Shown: piece after piece, positions 14,001-27,330 of the stretch | How positions within the stretch are numbered: position 1 is the first letter of the stretch | Layout of the letters: each line of letters opens with the position of its first letter | Origin: Monocercomonoides exilis PA203 | Taxonomy: Eukaryota > Protista > Preaxostyla | DNA: 64,000 bases | Direction of reading: 5' to 3' | NCBI GenBank assembly: GCA_001643675.2 | Contig: LSRY02000008.1 | Span: forward strand, 1,054,001 to 1,118,000 | The notes under the pieces: model-generated | The model's input: the letters and a program-made list of their open reading frames with translations, nothing else | The model's database searches: none | Told to the model about the DNA's origin: nothing | Program-made: the position numbers and the translations under genes

Positions 14001-17000
14001 ACTCTTCTTCCCTTTCACTTCCACCTCGAGCACATTGAAGCCATCTGAATGCCACCGCTCGTGCCCGTATCGGCAGACATGCAGGTTCATCGCGTGACCC
14101 TTCAGAAAGCGCCGGACAAAGTTCGGAGCTGCCACTGCGTCCAAGTGCATCTCCAGCTTGTCCACAAGACACATGAAGAACTCGTGGATGTCACAATGCA
14201 CGCCATTCACAACTTGCTTCCTGTCCAGGTCGAGATATACCTCCAGAAACTGCTCAGCATCAATGAACTCCTTCCTGTTCGGGTTGTCCTGCAGCTCCCA
14301 GAAGAGATAGCGAACAGCTCTCCACACAGCACTATTCCGTTCTTTCTGCTCCTCTTTCACGCTGCGCAGCCGCATCTCTGACATCTTCGTCTCCAGCTCG
14401 TCTGGTGTGTGTGTGCTTGTTTATTTGCTCTTCTTCCACTCACTCAGCACATCTGCTTGTGAAGGTCTTGTCAGCTTCTCCAGGGCGCTTCCTTGAAACT
14501 GCTCTCCTTTTCACAGAAGAAGCGTGGAGCGCAGCTGCGTGTGTATAAACAGCTGCACAAACAGAGAGTTCATGTAGCACATTGTGCCTGGATTCACAAT
14601 GCCTCTGTATTTAACCTCTTCGCTTTTCTCAACCTTCTTCTCCTTTTTGTGCGATTTTGCAATCTGCTCGGCGGGTGTGAAGTGGAAAGACGTGTACGTA
14701 TTCTTGTAGTTCATCGTCTGCGCCTCGTTCAAAAGATGCAGCAGACGCTCTGTGTTTGCCTCATTTCCGCTGCACTGCGCAGCAATCAGACTCAAAATGG
14801 ACTTTCTGCTCTCTTTGTCTTCCATTAAATGGCTCTGAATGAGTTCCACTTCTGAGTTGCTACGTGAATGCGACTAGGTCAGCTTCCTCTGCTAATCGCG
14901 CCGTGCAATATTTGAGGGCAAATATGAAGTAGTAGAAGAAGAAGAAGAAGCAGAGAAACTGCGCAGCATCTCTTTCCCAGCCATTCCTGGTGGTGAAGCA
15001 CCCGTTGAAGCAGCAACGGTATCGAATCCAGTGAAAAGCTTGTCCATCCACAGATAATTAATGAGCATCAGCCCAAATAACTTCTCAGGCAGCTTCAAGC
15101 CAACTTCTGTTTTGATCCATCTTTCCAGTTTTCTCAGATTATTTTCTGTTGTCCGATTGCATGCGCAATGAAGCTGAAAGCTCTTTCAGAATGACTCTCA
15201 GCGCAACTGAGACAGGCAGAAGAGACAGCTGGCGCTTCTTTGTGAGATTGTTCAGAGAAGAGAATGAAGAGGAAGAGGAAGTGGTGGAGGAAGAAGAAGG
15301 TGATGCTCCTGACAATTCATTGATGTACTTATCATCATCATCATCATCATCATCACCTCCCACTAACAAACACCTCGAACATCCATAATCACATCTGCCT
15401 GGTATTTAATGACAGCTCCAAGAGACTTAGCCACCCTTGCTGGTATCATCCCTGGACACTTCGTGTTTATTTCACTGTTGTTCAGTGCGGAATTCAGCAG
15501 CTCAAAGAGCGAAGAGAAAAAGACAGCAACATGGCGCTTCTGCATTCCCCGAGGCAAACAGGGACTGCCGAGAACGATGGAGGCAGAGGAGATGTCCAGG
15601 AAGGAGGAGAGGAGAGAAATAAGAAGTGGCTCATGCGGTGTGGAAGGGGAGCTGAAGGGTGAAAGAGCGTAAAGAGAATTGAAGAATGAAGAAGATGAAG
15701 AAGAAACAGAAGAAACAGGTGGTGAAACAATAGCATTTATAAAAGCAGAAGCAGAAAGCGGTTGAACAGCGTCAGCAGCGTCGGGAACAGCGCAGAAGAA
15801 GAGAAGGAAAAATGGCTCGAAAGCACTTGAAAGCAGAAGAGGAAGGACAGAAGAAGAGAACGAGCTGATCATCACGATGAGCAAAGCAAACAGCTGCTGA
15901 AGGGTTTCTTCGTCACTTTCTGAGTAAGAAGGAAGAGTGTTTGTAGAAGCAGAGTTTGGCTGCTGAGAGGAATGACCGAAGGAGGAGGAGGAGGAGGATG
16001 AGACAGAATGTGAAGATGAGTCATATGAAGAGAAGCTGACAAGAACTCTAGCTACATCCAGATAAGATTCAATGAGTGCTGTTGATGAGACATCTGGTCT
16101 CTTCCAAAGAATAACCAGGAGCAGAAGAAAAAGAAGAAGGAGAAGGAGAAGAAGAAAATAGCAGAAGAGCGAAAGTTTCTTCGAAAGGAGACAGAAGCAC
16201 ACAGAGCAGAGCGAAAAGCTCGCGAAAGAGAGAAAAAGAAGATGGAACTTGTGATGGACAGCGACGACACGCTCACAAAAGAGGAACAGCTGATAGCGAT
16301 GACAGAGAGTCCGCTTCTTGCCTGCATTCTGATGCAGCTGATGAATCAATACGAAAAAATCTAGATGATCTCCCCGAAGAAAAAGTCAGGTGTGGCCAGA
16401 GAGATAAGCGAAGGGACTATTTCATTTGAGACGGAAAAGAAAAGCAGGCTATCTCAAATAGAAAGCGGATCAATGCAATCGATTTCGTCTGCCTCTCGTT
16501 CGTTTGATTCGCCAACTTCTTCAATTCCCAGGCAGCCTTCATCATCTTCTGCGCAAATGTCGAATTATTTTTCTCATTCTTCATCATTTTCAACTTTGTC
16601 TTCGTCTTCTCATTCTTCTTTGCCTTTTTCTGCTTCTTCACCTTCTCCTCTATAATCATTTTAACATTTTTCCTCATCTTCTCCACTTCTTGCTTCTTTA
16701 TTTCTTTCAACTCCTTCAACTCCTTCCTCTTCATCCCCGACATCACCTTCAGATGGAATATCTCTAACTTCTCAGGATTTTGAGTCTCCACCACTGGATA
16801 AAATACACCAATTATTTATCAAACTCAGTCAGCACCTTGTTCGAGTTCCTCGTCCAAATGCCAAGGATTTTCTCATTCGTCAGGAGGAGCAAATGCTCAT
16901 TCATCACTGGACTCCTCGACTTCATTTTGGATGCCTTATCTTCTTTTCCCACTTGCTGGGCCACTTCCAATTTCCCAGCAGATCCCATCAAATCGATACA

Positions 17001-17570
17001 ATTGACATCCACAAGGATCATCTTCACAGGGCGTGTCTGTTGGGAATGTTGTGCCACTGGGTGTCTCTTCTGCTTCATTTATTTCGTCTGCCTGTGTGTT
17101 TGAGCAGATTCCGTCTGTGATACCCATCGCAGGAATTGCTGGAAACCCTCCGCTGACAGACTTCACCATACTTCTAACACAAATGAAGCAAGCTTTCCTG
17201 CCTCCTCCATATCCCTCTCGAATAGCACCATTCTTTTCGCCTTCTGAGCTATTCCACCACACAAATCACTCATCACGCCAGACATCTTCTGCTCTTTCAT
17301 CCTATTCCTCCACGCACTCTTCTTCTTCATAATCATCATATTCCTCCACTTCATCATCTCATCCACCAAATGAAGGCAATTTTCTTTCGAGTTCTCAGAA
17401 AACATCTCATCCAGCTGGATACCAAACTGATAAGAACATCCAAAAACCATCTAATTTCTGTTGTTTGTCATCATCTGCAGCATCTGAATATTAAAGCATT
17501 AATAATAACTGTAATAATAACTGTAATTACAACAACATTAGCAACAAGCAGACTTCATCAACCGAAATGA
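11050..17570 (-). pseudogene. Large ubiquitin carboxyl-terminal hydrolase (peptidase C19; USP9/24/34-like size), disrupted; ends approximate
   Basis: Cys box YRGIVNPGTMCYMNSLFVQLF (ORF 14511..14849). ORF 12930..14384 has HCDIHEFF, YECEECG, LPNTLIIFLRRF, His box YRLQGIINHLGTAKAGHYISF..WYEFNDDRV and SAYILIYER. Many frameshifts and stops (e.g. TAGs at 14892 and 14874, TAA at 11646). Confidence 0.82.
12930..14849 (-). CDS. USP/C19 catalytic-domain part of the gene above, split across frames
   Basis: The Cys box and His/Asp box lie in different ORFs, separated by lesions at ~14400-14510. Confidence 0.8.
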
Positions 17571-17670
17571 GCAAAGGAAAGGAAACAGAAGCTGATGGCA
17601 ACGCGACACTCAAACCATCAGCATAAACACTGCACTATCATCTCATGATATATGATCCACTTCACAAGAA

Positions 17671-17720
17671 TCTTCTTCTTCTTCTTCTTCTTCTTCTTCT
17701 TCTTCTTCTTCTTCTTCTTC
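17671..17720. repeat. (TCT)n microsatellite, poly-Glu on the minus strand
   Basis: Seen directly. Confidence 0.9.
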
Positions 17721-17992
17721 CTTCTCATCTTCTTCATTACCTTCTGCGCAACCTGCCTCCACCTTTCGTGATGTCCAATCCCTCAGTAGTTTATTCAGAA
17801 TTGAGGTGAATTGATTAACGTGTCCAATTGCTAATATATGATGATATTCAAACATTATCGAAAAAAAAGGAAGAAAATAAAAAGGAAATACAAATGATTC
17901 ACAAATCAAAAGTGTGTTTTTTTTCATTGTTTTTATTTTGTAATTCACATTAATTATTTTGTTTTCCATAATTTTTTTCCGTCAAGCTGTTG

Positions 17993-20840
17993 ATGATTGG
18001 AAACTTTATTGACTTGCCTCGTGCAAGCAAAACTCGAAAAGCCGATAAAGTTTTAGAAGCTTTGGAGTCCGCTGCTCCATCCGACCCCGTGGGATGTTTA
18101 CTTTATTTTATTTTTCGCTGCAAAAAAGGAAAGCCTTTCCAAGAGGCAATCCAAACCCGTTTTGAAGGTTTGCTTTTATATTTTTATTATCATTTAAACA
18201 TTGAGCAAATAAATTTTATTTTTTATGTTATGATTATTATTATTATTATTCGTTTAAAGAGAAAACTACAAAATTTCTATCAAATATCGGTGAAGTGCGT
18301 AAAAGAAGCCCCTTGAACCTTCGGGTTCAGCTTCTCAGTTGTGCTTCTTCCTTGTTTTCAATCGCTGAATTGAATCAAGAAGGCTGGGGCATTTCTCCCG
18401 GAGAATATTACTATTCACGGGAGAAAAACAAAGCCCCAGCACCTACAGCTTTATCAAGCAGTGATAAAGATGTTCTTTCAATTAGAAGTTTTTTTTATTT
18501 TTATTTATAATATTAATTTTTTTATCATTAATAATTTTAATAATTATTTTGTTTATAATAAAAAAAATGTGTTTTATTGAATGATATATTTTTTTAGATG
18601 AAAAAGAGTTTCGAACTGCTGAACGCTGGCTTTAAAACCATAGTTCTTGCAGCTGCGAAAACTCGAGAAGAAAAAAAACAAGTTTGATTATTGTTTAAAT
18701 TTTTTTTTTCATTTGGGTGATTATTTTTGAAATCATAACTTTTTTCGGTGTTATTATTATTTTGAAAATTCATAATTATCTGCTGAATATTTATCATTAA
18801 AACATTAAATGTTTATCATTCATTTCAAAAGCCAAAGTCTGCTTTTAGAAAATAGAAGCTGCATCATTAAAAAATCATAACTTTTAAGGGTCCATTTATG
18901 AATATTCTTTTCAAGTTTTCAAACAGAAATTTTTGACAGAAAAAATATGATTTCGAAAATAATCACCCATTTAGTTTTTTGTTTTTAAAATTTTTCTTAA
19001 TTACTGATGTTAAATTAATTTATAAAATTTCAGATTTCGCTACAAATGAAAAAAAGCCAGAAGATATTGAAAAGCGATTGAGCAATACTGTATGTAATGA
19101 AAAAAATAAAAAAGAAGAATTAGAAAAAGAAAATACAGAAAATAAAAAACAAAAAGAAAAGAAAAAATTAAAAGAAAAAACAAACAATAAAAAAAAAGAA
19201 ACTAAAAAAAAGAATGAAGTGATAATATCAAAAGATGAAAAGATCATAAAAGAAAATAATAATAAAAATAAAAAAGAAAATAAACAATTAAAAGTAAAAT
19301 TAATAAATAATAATATAAAACACAAAAAAAGCGTAACAAATATTCTTTTAAATCATTTAATTCAAAAAAAACAAATATGAAATTTCCAACTCACTCAAAT
19401 CAAAACATAACACAATACCATCAAATTTTATCAATGAGAGCTCCAAGGCTGCAACATTGAGTGCTGGGGGGAGCGTTGGGGCTGCAACATTGAGTGCTGG
19501 GGGGAGCGTTGGAATGTTGACCAAAATAAAAACAAATATTATCATAAATGATTTTTACAATAAAAAAGAAAAGAATAAAAGAAAAAATAAAAAAGATAAA
19601 AATGAAAATATTGAAAAAAATAAGAAAAATGAAGAATATAAAAATAATAATGAATTTGAAAAAAGAAAAAAAAATAAATATTATCTTAAAGAAAAAAATG
19701 ATACTAAAAAATATTCATATATAGAAAATAATAACAATAATACAAATTTTTTTTATAATAACTTTTCAAGTAACAGATTTTCTTTGCAAAATTTTTATTC
19801 AAACACAACCTTTTCCAAAATCAATATTCCCAATTTTTCTGTCTATGGGATTGATGCTGAAGACTTTGGAGCTGGAGGTTTGAGGGATGATTGTGGGCTT
19901 GGAGCTGGAGGTGTGACGGATGCTTGCGGGATTGGAGCTAGAGTTGTTATAGAAAAAGAATTGAATGATGGAGAAGGAATTGAAATGGAAGAAGAGTTGA
20001 ATAACGGAGAAGGAATTGAAATGGAAGAAGAGTTGGATGGAGGAAAAGATGGAGTTGAAGGAGAGTGGAATGATGGAGAAATTGTGAAGGAGGGAGGGTT
20101 GGAAAGAGGGAGTGATGGTGGACATGTTGATGGAAATTTAGAAAATAGTATTTGTTTGTTGAAAAATATGAAAAGAGAAAGAAAAGGCTTTGGAATTTTT
20201 TCTCCAAATGAAAAAAGATTAATTGAAAAAACAAAAAAAGATTTATTTTTTGAAATGAAGAAAGAAGTGGAAGTCAAAATGTCCTATTCGACATTTAGCA
20301 AGAAAACAAATAATTTTATAAAATCAAAGAAAAGGACTGATTAATGTGCAATCTGTGAAAGAGGAAAATATTTAGAAAAGAAAAAATTTGAAATAGAAAG
20401 AAAAGGACTTAAATTGGGCCAAACTGAAGATGATGAATTGAATTTAATAATTCATCATCGAAAAAATGGCCCAACATCAAAGAAACTTTTTTTTGAGAAA
20501 AAAGAAAATCTAAAAAAAAATGAAGTTATTGTTTTAATGGATTTTTAAGAAAATTGGTGTTTACCTATTTCTAATAATGAGACTGGAAAATCATTTTTTA
20601 ATAAGAAACAAATTTTTCATTTGTGTTTTGTGGTTTTTTACGTTGATAATTTTGGCATTTAAAAAAAGTGTTGTTTTAATTATTTTTCAGAAATTTTATC
20701 ACATGATTATCGTTTTGTGTGTGAATGTTTGAAACAACTTTTGCAATTTGATATTATTATTAATGTTGATTCTTTTAACTTTTTTTGCGACAATGGGCCG
20801 CATTTTCGTAATTCTCAAATTTTAATTTTTTTTTTTCTGA
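17993..20840 (+). mobile_element. Degenerate intron-containing DDD transposase, Sola(2)-like
   Basis: Exon 1 is 17993-18167; phase-1 intron 18168-18259 (GTTTGC..AAG). Exon 2 reads RVQLLSCASSLFSIAELNQEGWGISPGEYYYSR (HTH-like). From 20336 one frame reads TD*CAIC...IVLMDF*ENW...SEILSHD...FFCDNGPHFRN, resembling Sola-type DF.EN and SD.G..FKN motifs. Three in-frame TAA; third-Asp region not seen. Confidence 0.65.
19447..20040 (+). repeat. In-frame tandem duplications (33-bp x2, 33-bp x~2.5, 36-bp x~2.3) in the transposase linker
   Basis: GGCTGCAACATTGAGTGCTGGGGGGAGCGTTGG twice (19447-19512); TTGGAGCTGGAGGT with 33-bp period from ~19867; ELNxGEGIEMEE repeats at ~19958-20040. Confidence 0.8.
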
Positions 20841-22999
20841 TAATTCATCTTTTTTATTTCTGATTCTTTAAATAGTAACTTTAATTATTCTTTTAATATT
20901 TTTTCTTCTTTTTTTCATAATCAGAAAAAAAAGATAAATGAAACGAAGCATTATTTTTTAAGGTTTGAATTTATTTATTTATTTATTTATTTAATTATTT
21001 ATTTATTTATTTATTTAGTCACAAAGAATTAAAAGAAACAAACTGGAATGAAATGAAAATAAAAGGTATGAAAAATTATTTGTTTTTTAAAAAAAGATAC
21101 AGGGAAACTTCTCGTTTCTCCGCTCAGCTGCGAAAATAGCTCAGGTTTGTTTGAAATTGAATATAAAATTATGAAAAAATTAGAAGCAAAAAAAAGAAAA
21201 GTTTTTGAAAGAAACGATAATAAAAAAAAATGATATTTTTATTTCAGAAAAAGGAAAATTTGGAAAAGGTGTGAAGAAAGTTATTGAAAATAGAATGAAA
21301 TTTTTAAATTTACATAAAGAAAAAGATTTTTTAAATTTGAATAATAATTTTTTTAATAATACGAATAATTCTTCAGATTCAAATAGCTTGACAAGTGAAA
21401 CAGGTATGTCACAGGTGTGTAATTCAAATTCCGAAAATTCAATTTTTGATTCATTTTCTGATAATTATTCTTTTAATAATTCTATTGAAAATTCTTTTTT
21501 TAATTAAAATCCTTTTTTCACTAATTTTCATTGTATAATTTGAAAAAATAGGTATGAAGGTATGATTTTTTTATTTATTTATTTATTTTTATTTTATTTT
21601 TTTTTTTTAAGACTATTGAAAGTGATTGATAATAATTAATGTTATAAACAAACTATAAAATTATTTTGAATTTGATTTCAATTTTATTAATTATTTTTTA
21701 TTTTTTATTTATTTTTTTAATTTAACTAACTAATTAATTAATAAAAAATAAAAGTTTAATTAACTTAGAAATAATAAATATTTATTTATGCTTATCCAAT
21801 GAAACCGAATTTTATTCGGTTGAGGACTAGACTGATTCGATCCTGTTGCTTTTTAATTTCTTAATGATAGAGTAACCTGCAGGACTTGGGTCCAGAATCA
21901 GTTTCCCAGGTAAATAAATGTTTATTATTATTATTATTATAAAAAAAAAGTTTTAAAAAAATATTCAGTGAATTATTTAATTTTGTGTTGAAATTATTGT
22001 GTAAATTACGGGTGGAACAAAATTTGGAAAAAGAAAATTTCACCCCATAGATATAACTGAGATCCGATTATGCAAAAGATGAAAAAATATTTTATATGAT
22101 TGAGATGTTTATAAAGGAAATGGAGATAGTGAAAATTGCTTCAAAATGCATTTTTTGGTTGAAATTCGAATTATTATAAAAAAAAATGATTATTTTTTAT
22201 TTTTTGTCAAATACACATTTCCGCAAACTTTTATCATTCAACACGTGCTTTAAACAACAAATATTATATGAATGTGGTGTTATTTGTGAAATTGACAAAA
22301 TGCCATATTATACTATTATGCCTTGGAGTTTTGTGATCTCTTCATTAATTATTGTAAAATCAAATTTTCAATCGTCATTTACGATTAGAATCTTTGATAA
22401 GAATATAACAAAATATCTTAAATAAAATCACACAATCGGAAAAACATTGAATTTTTAAAAGTTGAATAATTTGAAATAAGATATTTGATTTCAATTTCAT
22501 TTTTTCAAAACGAAAACATTTCTTTCCCATTTTGTGTTATCAAAGATCGGTATGTATTTATTCTAAAATTATAAATATTTAATACATGGGTGATTTTTTT
22601 TTGATATCATAAAAAAAGATCAAAAATCGAAAAAATAATATCTATGGTGGTCTTACTGATCAAAAAATCAAATTGATTTTTCTTCAGCATTTAGCTTTCA
22701 AATTATTTTATATGTTTGTTTTATTCATGAATACAATATGTCATTCCTTTTTTAAAATTAATAAGTTCTTATTGATCAAGATCAAAAAAAAATGTGAAAA
22801 ATAAAAAATAAAATTGCAAAAGGAAAATGTCAAGTTTCTCAACTCACTAAACAATCCTAATAAATAAAAAATACTTTGAAAAACACAATTGAAATAGTTT
22901 GCAATAAATTTGTTTCAATAAAAAATTATTTCACTTCAAACTTTTGAAACCAATTTGTTTTCTTGACTTTATCTATTTCTTCGACGGAAATATCATTAC

Positions 23000-25900
23000 A
23001 ATATATCAGTCCTTTCTTTTTGATTCAGTTTCTTCATCAAACGTTGAATGAAATACAATGAAATCGATAATCAATGAATAAAACTTATTCGAACAAGTAT
23101 TTTCTCTCTTTATTCTTTTCATCACTTGTTCTTCCCGCTTCCTTTTCCATCCTCTCCACATCTTCGTTCCATTTCCACTCTGTTTCTTAAACATTCTCCT
23201 TTTGAAAATGTCTCAGAAGTGGCTTGATTCCTCTCCAGCACTTTCTGCGCAATTCTTCTCGTTGTGTTCCTCGATGACTCCAATTGCTTGTTAATCTCCT
23301 CTTGAAACAAATTTGCCTTCACACTCAGTTCATTGGCCTTTGTGTGAGCGATGAGGTGAGCAAAGGAGAAGGTGTCGGAGAAATAGAAGAAGAAGAAGAA
23401 GAAGAAGAAGAAGAAGAAGAAGAAGAAGAAGAAGAAGAAGAAGAAGAAGAAGAAGAAGAAGAAGAAGAAGAAGAAGAAGAAAAAAGGAAGAGAAGGAGAA
23501 GAAGAAGAAGAAGAAGAAGAAGAAGAAGAAGAAGAAGAAGAAGAAGAAGAAGAAGAAGAAGAAGAAGAAGAAGAAGAAGAAGAAGGAAAAGATTAAATTT
23601 CTAATTTTGTTGGAGAAATATGTTTTTTCTCTTCAAAACGTGATTTGTTAGAAAGAATGTTTTGTTTGCCAAAAACATCATTTTCAAACAGAAACAAAAG
23701 CGTCGAAAGAAGATTTTGATTGAATTTCTCTGTTTTTTCTATTTTTTCCGTTTTTTCCATTTCTCTTTCTCTTTCTCTTTCTCTTTCTCTTTCTTCTCCT
23801 TCTCCTTCTTCTTCTTCTTCTTCAATTTCTCCTCCTTCTTTATGTGTCGTTTTAACTGAAAATGGAATATTTTCTTTGAAAGAATATTGAAATGGAATTT
23901 GTGTTATTTTCATTTCTTTGTTCCTTTTTGACATGTTTTCGTTGTTTTGCACTTCATTTTTAAGGTTATTTTTCTTCCCTTTTGAAGAATTTTCTTCTTC
24001 TTCTTCTTTTTCTTTTTCTTTCTCATTTTCGTTTGATTCCTCGTTTTCATCACTTATTTCCTCATCTTTCTTCAATTTATTCTCTTTTTTCTTTTCTTTC
24101 TCCTTCTCCTTCTCCTTCTCCTTCTCTTTCTTCTCTTCTTTATCGTCTTTAATCAAATCTAATTCTTCTATCCAATTCATCAGCTCATTCGCTATTTCCT
24201 CCAAAACTTGATCCGCATCCAATTTTTTGCTTCTTTTTTCTTTTTCTTTTTCTTTTTCTTTTTCTTTTTCTTTTTCTTTTTCTTTTTCTTCCTCTTCCTC
24301 TTCCTCTTCTTCTTCTTCTTTTTCTTCCTCTTCCTCTTCTTCTTCTTCTTCTTCTTTATCCTCCCACCAAATCCATCTCTTCAAACAGCTCCATTCACAA
24401 CAAGTCCAATGAAGAAATCAACTTCTTTTTGTTTTGGAAGAAGAGAATAACAAAAGACGGAATGCCTTATTTGTTCCCAGAAGATTTGAAAAGATTGGTT
24501 GATGGTCTGTTGGCTTAGAAGATAAAGTTTTAATGTTTTCTTTTTTCTATTTTTTCTTTATTTTTTTTATTTCTTTTTTTCGTTTTTTTTTCTTCTCTCT
24601 AACAATCCAATCTGTCTCTTTGTAAATAATCGGATGAAATGTCAATTCTTTCTCGTTTTCCTTCGTCTTTTTCGCTTCTTCTGCTGCTAAACATTCCGCT
24701 TGCGTGCTTATATCGTGAAAATACAACCGGAGAATTAGCGGCGAAGGTGAAATTTCTTTTTTATTTTGGATTTCCCGCTTCTTTTTTTGCTATTCTTTCT
24801 TTTTGTCTTTCTTTTCATCATTTTTATTTTTATTTTTATTTTCTCCTTTTAAATTCCCCGTTTCGCCTTGTTTTTTCGCATTATTTTTGCCAGCAAAATT
24901 AAACCCAACATCATCATCATCTTCTTCTTCTTTTCTCAAAGCCAGCATTTATGTCAACTGCTTCTTCTCTTCGATTTCTTTCAGTCTTCGCTGAGTGAAA
25001 AGAGAAGTTTGCTTCAAAAGAGAAAGTTCATCTTGATAGTCTCCATCTGTATTTTCTTCTTCTTTTCTTCTTTCTTCTTCTTCTTGTTTTCCTTCCCTTT
25101 CTTCCCTTTCCTCCTTTTTCTCCTTCTTTTCCTTTTTTCACTACCAAATCCTTACTCTCCTTATTCTTCCTCTCCTTCTCTTTTTCATTCTCTCTCTTCT
25201 CCTTCTTCTTCTTCTTCTCTATCCATTTTATTATTTCTTCTTCGTCTCATATTCTCTTTCTTTCTTCTAATTCTTCCGATTTATCGTTTCTTAACACATT
25301 TTTTCTTTCTTCTTCTTTTCTCTTCTTTTCCTCTTTTTCTTTTTCTCTTTTCCCCCACAAAATTGCCATTTCGACTATTCTTTTCTGTTTGTCTTCGGTT
25401 CAACACTGAAAAACAGCTGGAATTTCATTTGGTTGATTGGAAGAAGAAGAAGAAGAGGAAGAGGAGGAAGAAGAATAAATTCCATATATTCCCAACGACG
25501 ATGATACATGTGAAGGATGAATAATTGAACGAGGTATCTTGAACAGTTTGGATTGATTTGCTTGTATCTAATTGGCCGTTGGAAGAGGAGGATTGATTGG
25601 CGTCACTTGTGGAAGTGGATGATGATTTTGAGGAATTTCTTCTATGTTAGCAAATGAATCAGGTGAAGAAGAAGAGAAAGAAATGATAAATTGATGAAAA
25701 AACTAGAATAAAAGAAAAAATAAGAACAAGATTAAGTAGTTGAAGCAAAAAAGGATGGTGATGAAGTTGGAAACGAAGAAGTTGAGAATGAAGATGATAC
25801 GTTAGCAGATGAAAATGTTGAGAGAGTGAATTGTTTTCCGATATTTGTTGCTGTATCATTCTTCGATTTTTGATTTCAGGCAGAAAATCTGAGTAAAGAG

Positions 25901-27330
25901 TGGTTAGAATCGTTACAGGCTTATTCTTCTCTTTTGTTGTTTTCTTCTTTTCTTTTGCTCCTCTTTATTTCTGAGCCTTTCTAATGTGTTTGTCAAATCC
26001 ATCTTCTTCTTCCTCTTCTTCCCCTTCATTTTTCTCATTATCTATGCATTTATTTGTCAGACACAACGATCCCTTTTCGTCTTTATCACTCACAAACTCA
26101 TTTTCACTCCTCTTCTCATCCTTCTTCTCTCCCTTCCCTTCCTTCACTTCCTTCTCACCACAACGCACACGAATCCCCTGGCTAGCCACATACGCTGCAT
26201 AGTTCAGAAGGATACTCTGTGGCTCAAACACATCCCTCGTCGCTGACACGCTGCTGCTTGCAAACACACCAGCATTGCCCAATCTGCTCTTCCGGAGAAT
26301 CATAAAAGAGATATGCAGCGAAACGGAAGAAATAGATGAATGAGAGTGAGAGGAAGAGATTTGGCCGGATGCTCAAATGGACTTTTGTGTGAGTGAAGAG
26401 AAGTCTGTGGATGGTGGCGAAGGAGTTAGTGTCTTCGGTAGAGTTCCAACAATAACAAAAGAAACAGATGACTGAGCATGTTGCAAGGGAGAAAAAGGAG
26501 TAGCATATGTCGAAGAAGCTGCGATGTTTTCAATGTGCAACTTGGTAGATGAGAGTGTGCTGTTGAACGAGTTAAATGTCTACTGTTGTTCATCATCATT
26601 TTTTTCGCACTATCCTTCTCTTCCCCTGTCCCTCCTCCTCCTTTCTGTTGCTTCCTGTGAAACTCTTGTGTCAAAAATGTCAATTTGTGATGTGCAAAAC
26701 TCGTCTTTCTCCTTCTTCTTCGTCTTCACCTTTGGCTCTTCCTGCTGTCTCCCTATCCTCTGCTCAAAGCCCAATTTGCTTCTGAAATCCGCCTTCTTTG
26801 CCTCTTCCATTTGAACTTGAACTTCTCTCTCTTCGCTTCTTGGCGGTGTCATAAAGCGAGCGGATGAACGCAATGTACCTTGAAGCTCCTTCCATCTCCC
26901 ACTGCAATTTCTCATTCGATGTCCATTCACTCCTTTCATCTCATTCTGCACAGCCGGAGCACGGTAGCCGTACGAATCGCTGAAGCAGAGCTGAATGTTC
27001 CTCTTCGGAAGAAGAAAATAGTTCAAAAGCACATTTCGTTATCTCACAGAAGGCATATACAGCGACGAAGATACTGTTGAGAGGAAGAATAGTTATTGAG
27101 ATTCTTTTTGGAAGGCAAACTCGTGATGCTGATAAAACAGCTCACAAACATCTGAAGGTTGAATGTGATGCAACACAAAGCGAAAAGAGGAACCAAAAAA
27201 GAAGGTCAAGAAGGTGAAGAATTTGGAGAAGGTGAAGAAGAAGGAAATGATGAGGAAGATGAGAAATAAAGTGAAGAAGATGAGATGATGATGAAAATAA
27301 ATTTTTATGGTGATTGAGTAATCCATTTAT
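23000..27330 (-). pseudogene. Degenerate E/K- and S-rich hypothetical gene(s), including the paralogue of the 180-1313 fragment; ends approximate
   Basis: Chain of short protein-like minus-strand ORFs in shifting frames (26610..27032, 25965..26303, 23593..24384, 23122..23322). No domain recognised. Confidence 0.5.
23386..23585. repeat. (GAA)n microsatellite, ~200 bp, one interruption
   Basis: Seen directly; interrupted at ~23481-23498. Confidence 0.95.

Noticed and set aside
17803-22046. GAGGTGAA / TTCACCCC as TIRs of the Sola-like element
   Set aside because: Only ~8 bp match, and the flanks (AATT vs ATAG) are not a duplication.
23284-25524. Poly-E/R, poly-F and FS-rich plus-strand ORFs as real proteins
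   Set aside because: They are translations of microsatellites or antisense shadows of the E/K-rich minus-strand sequence.
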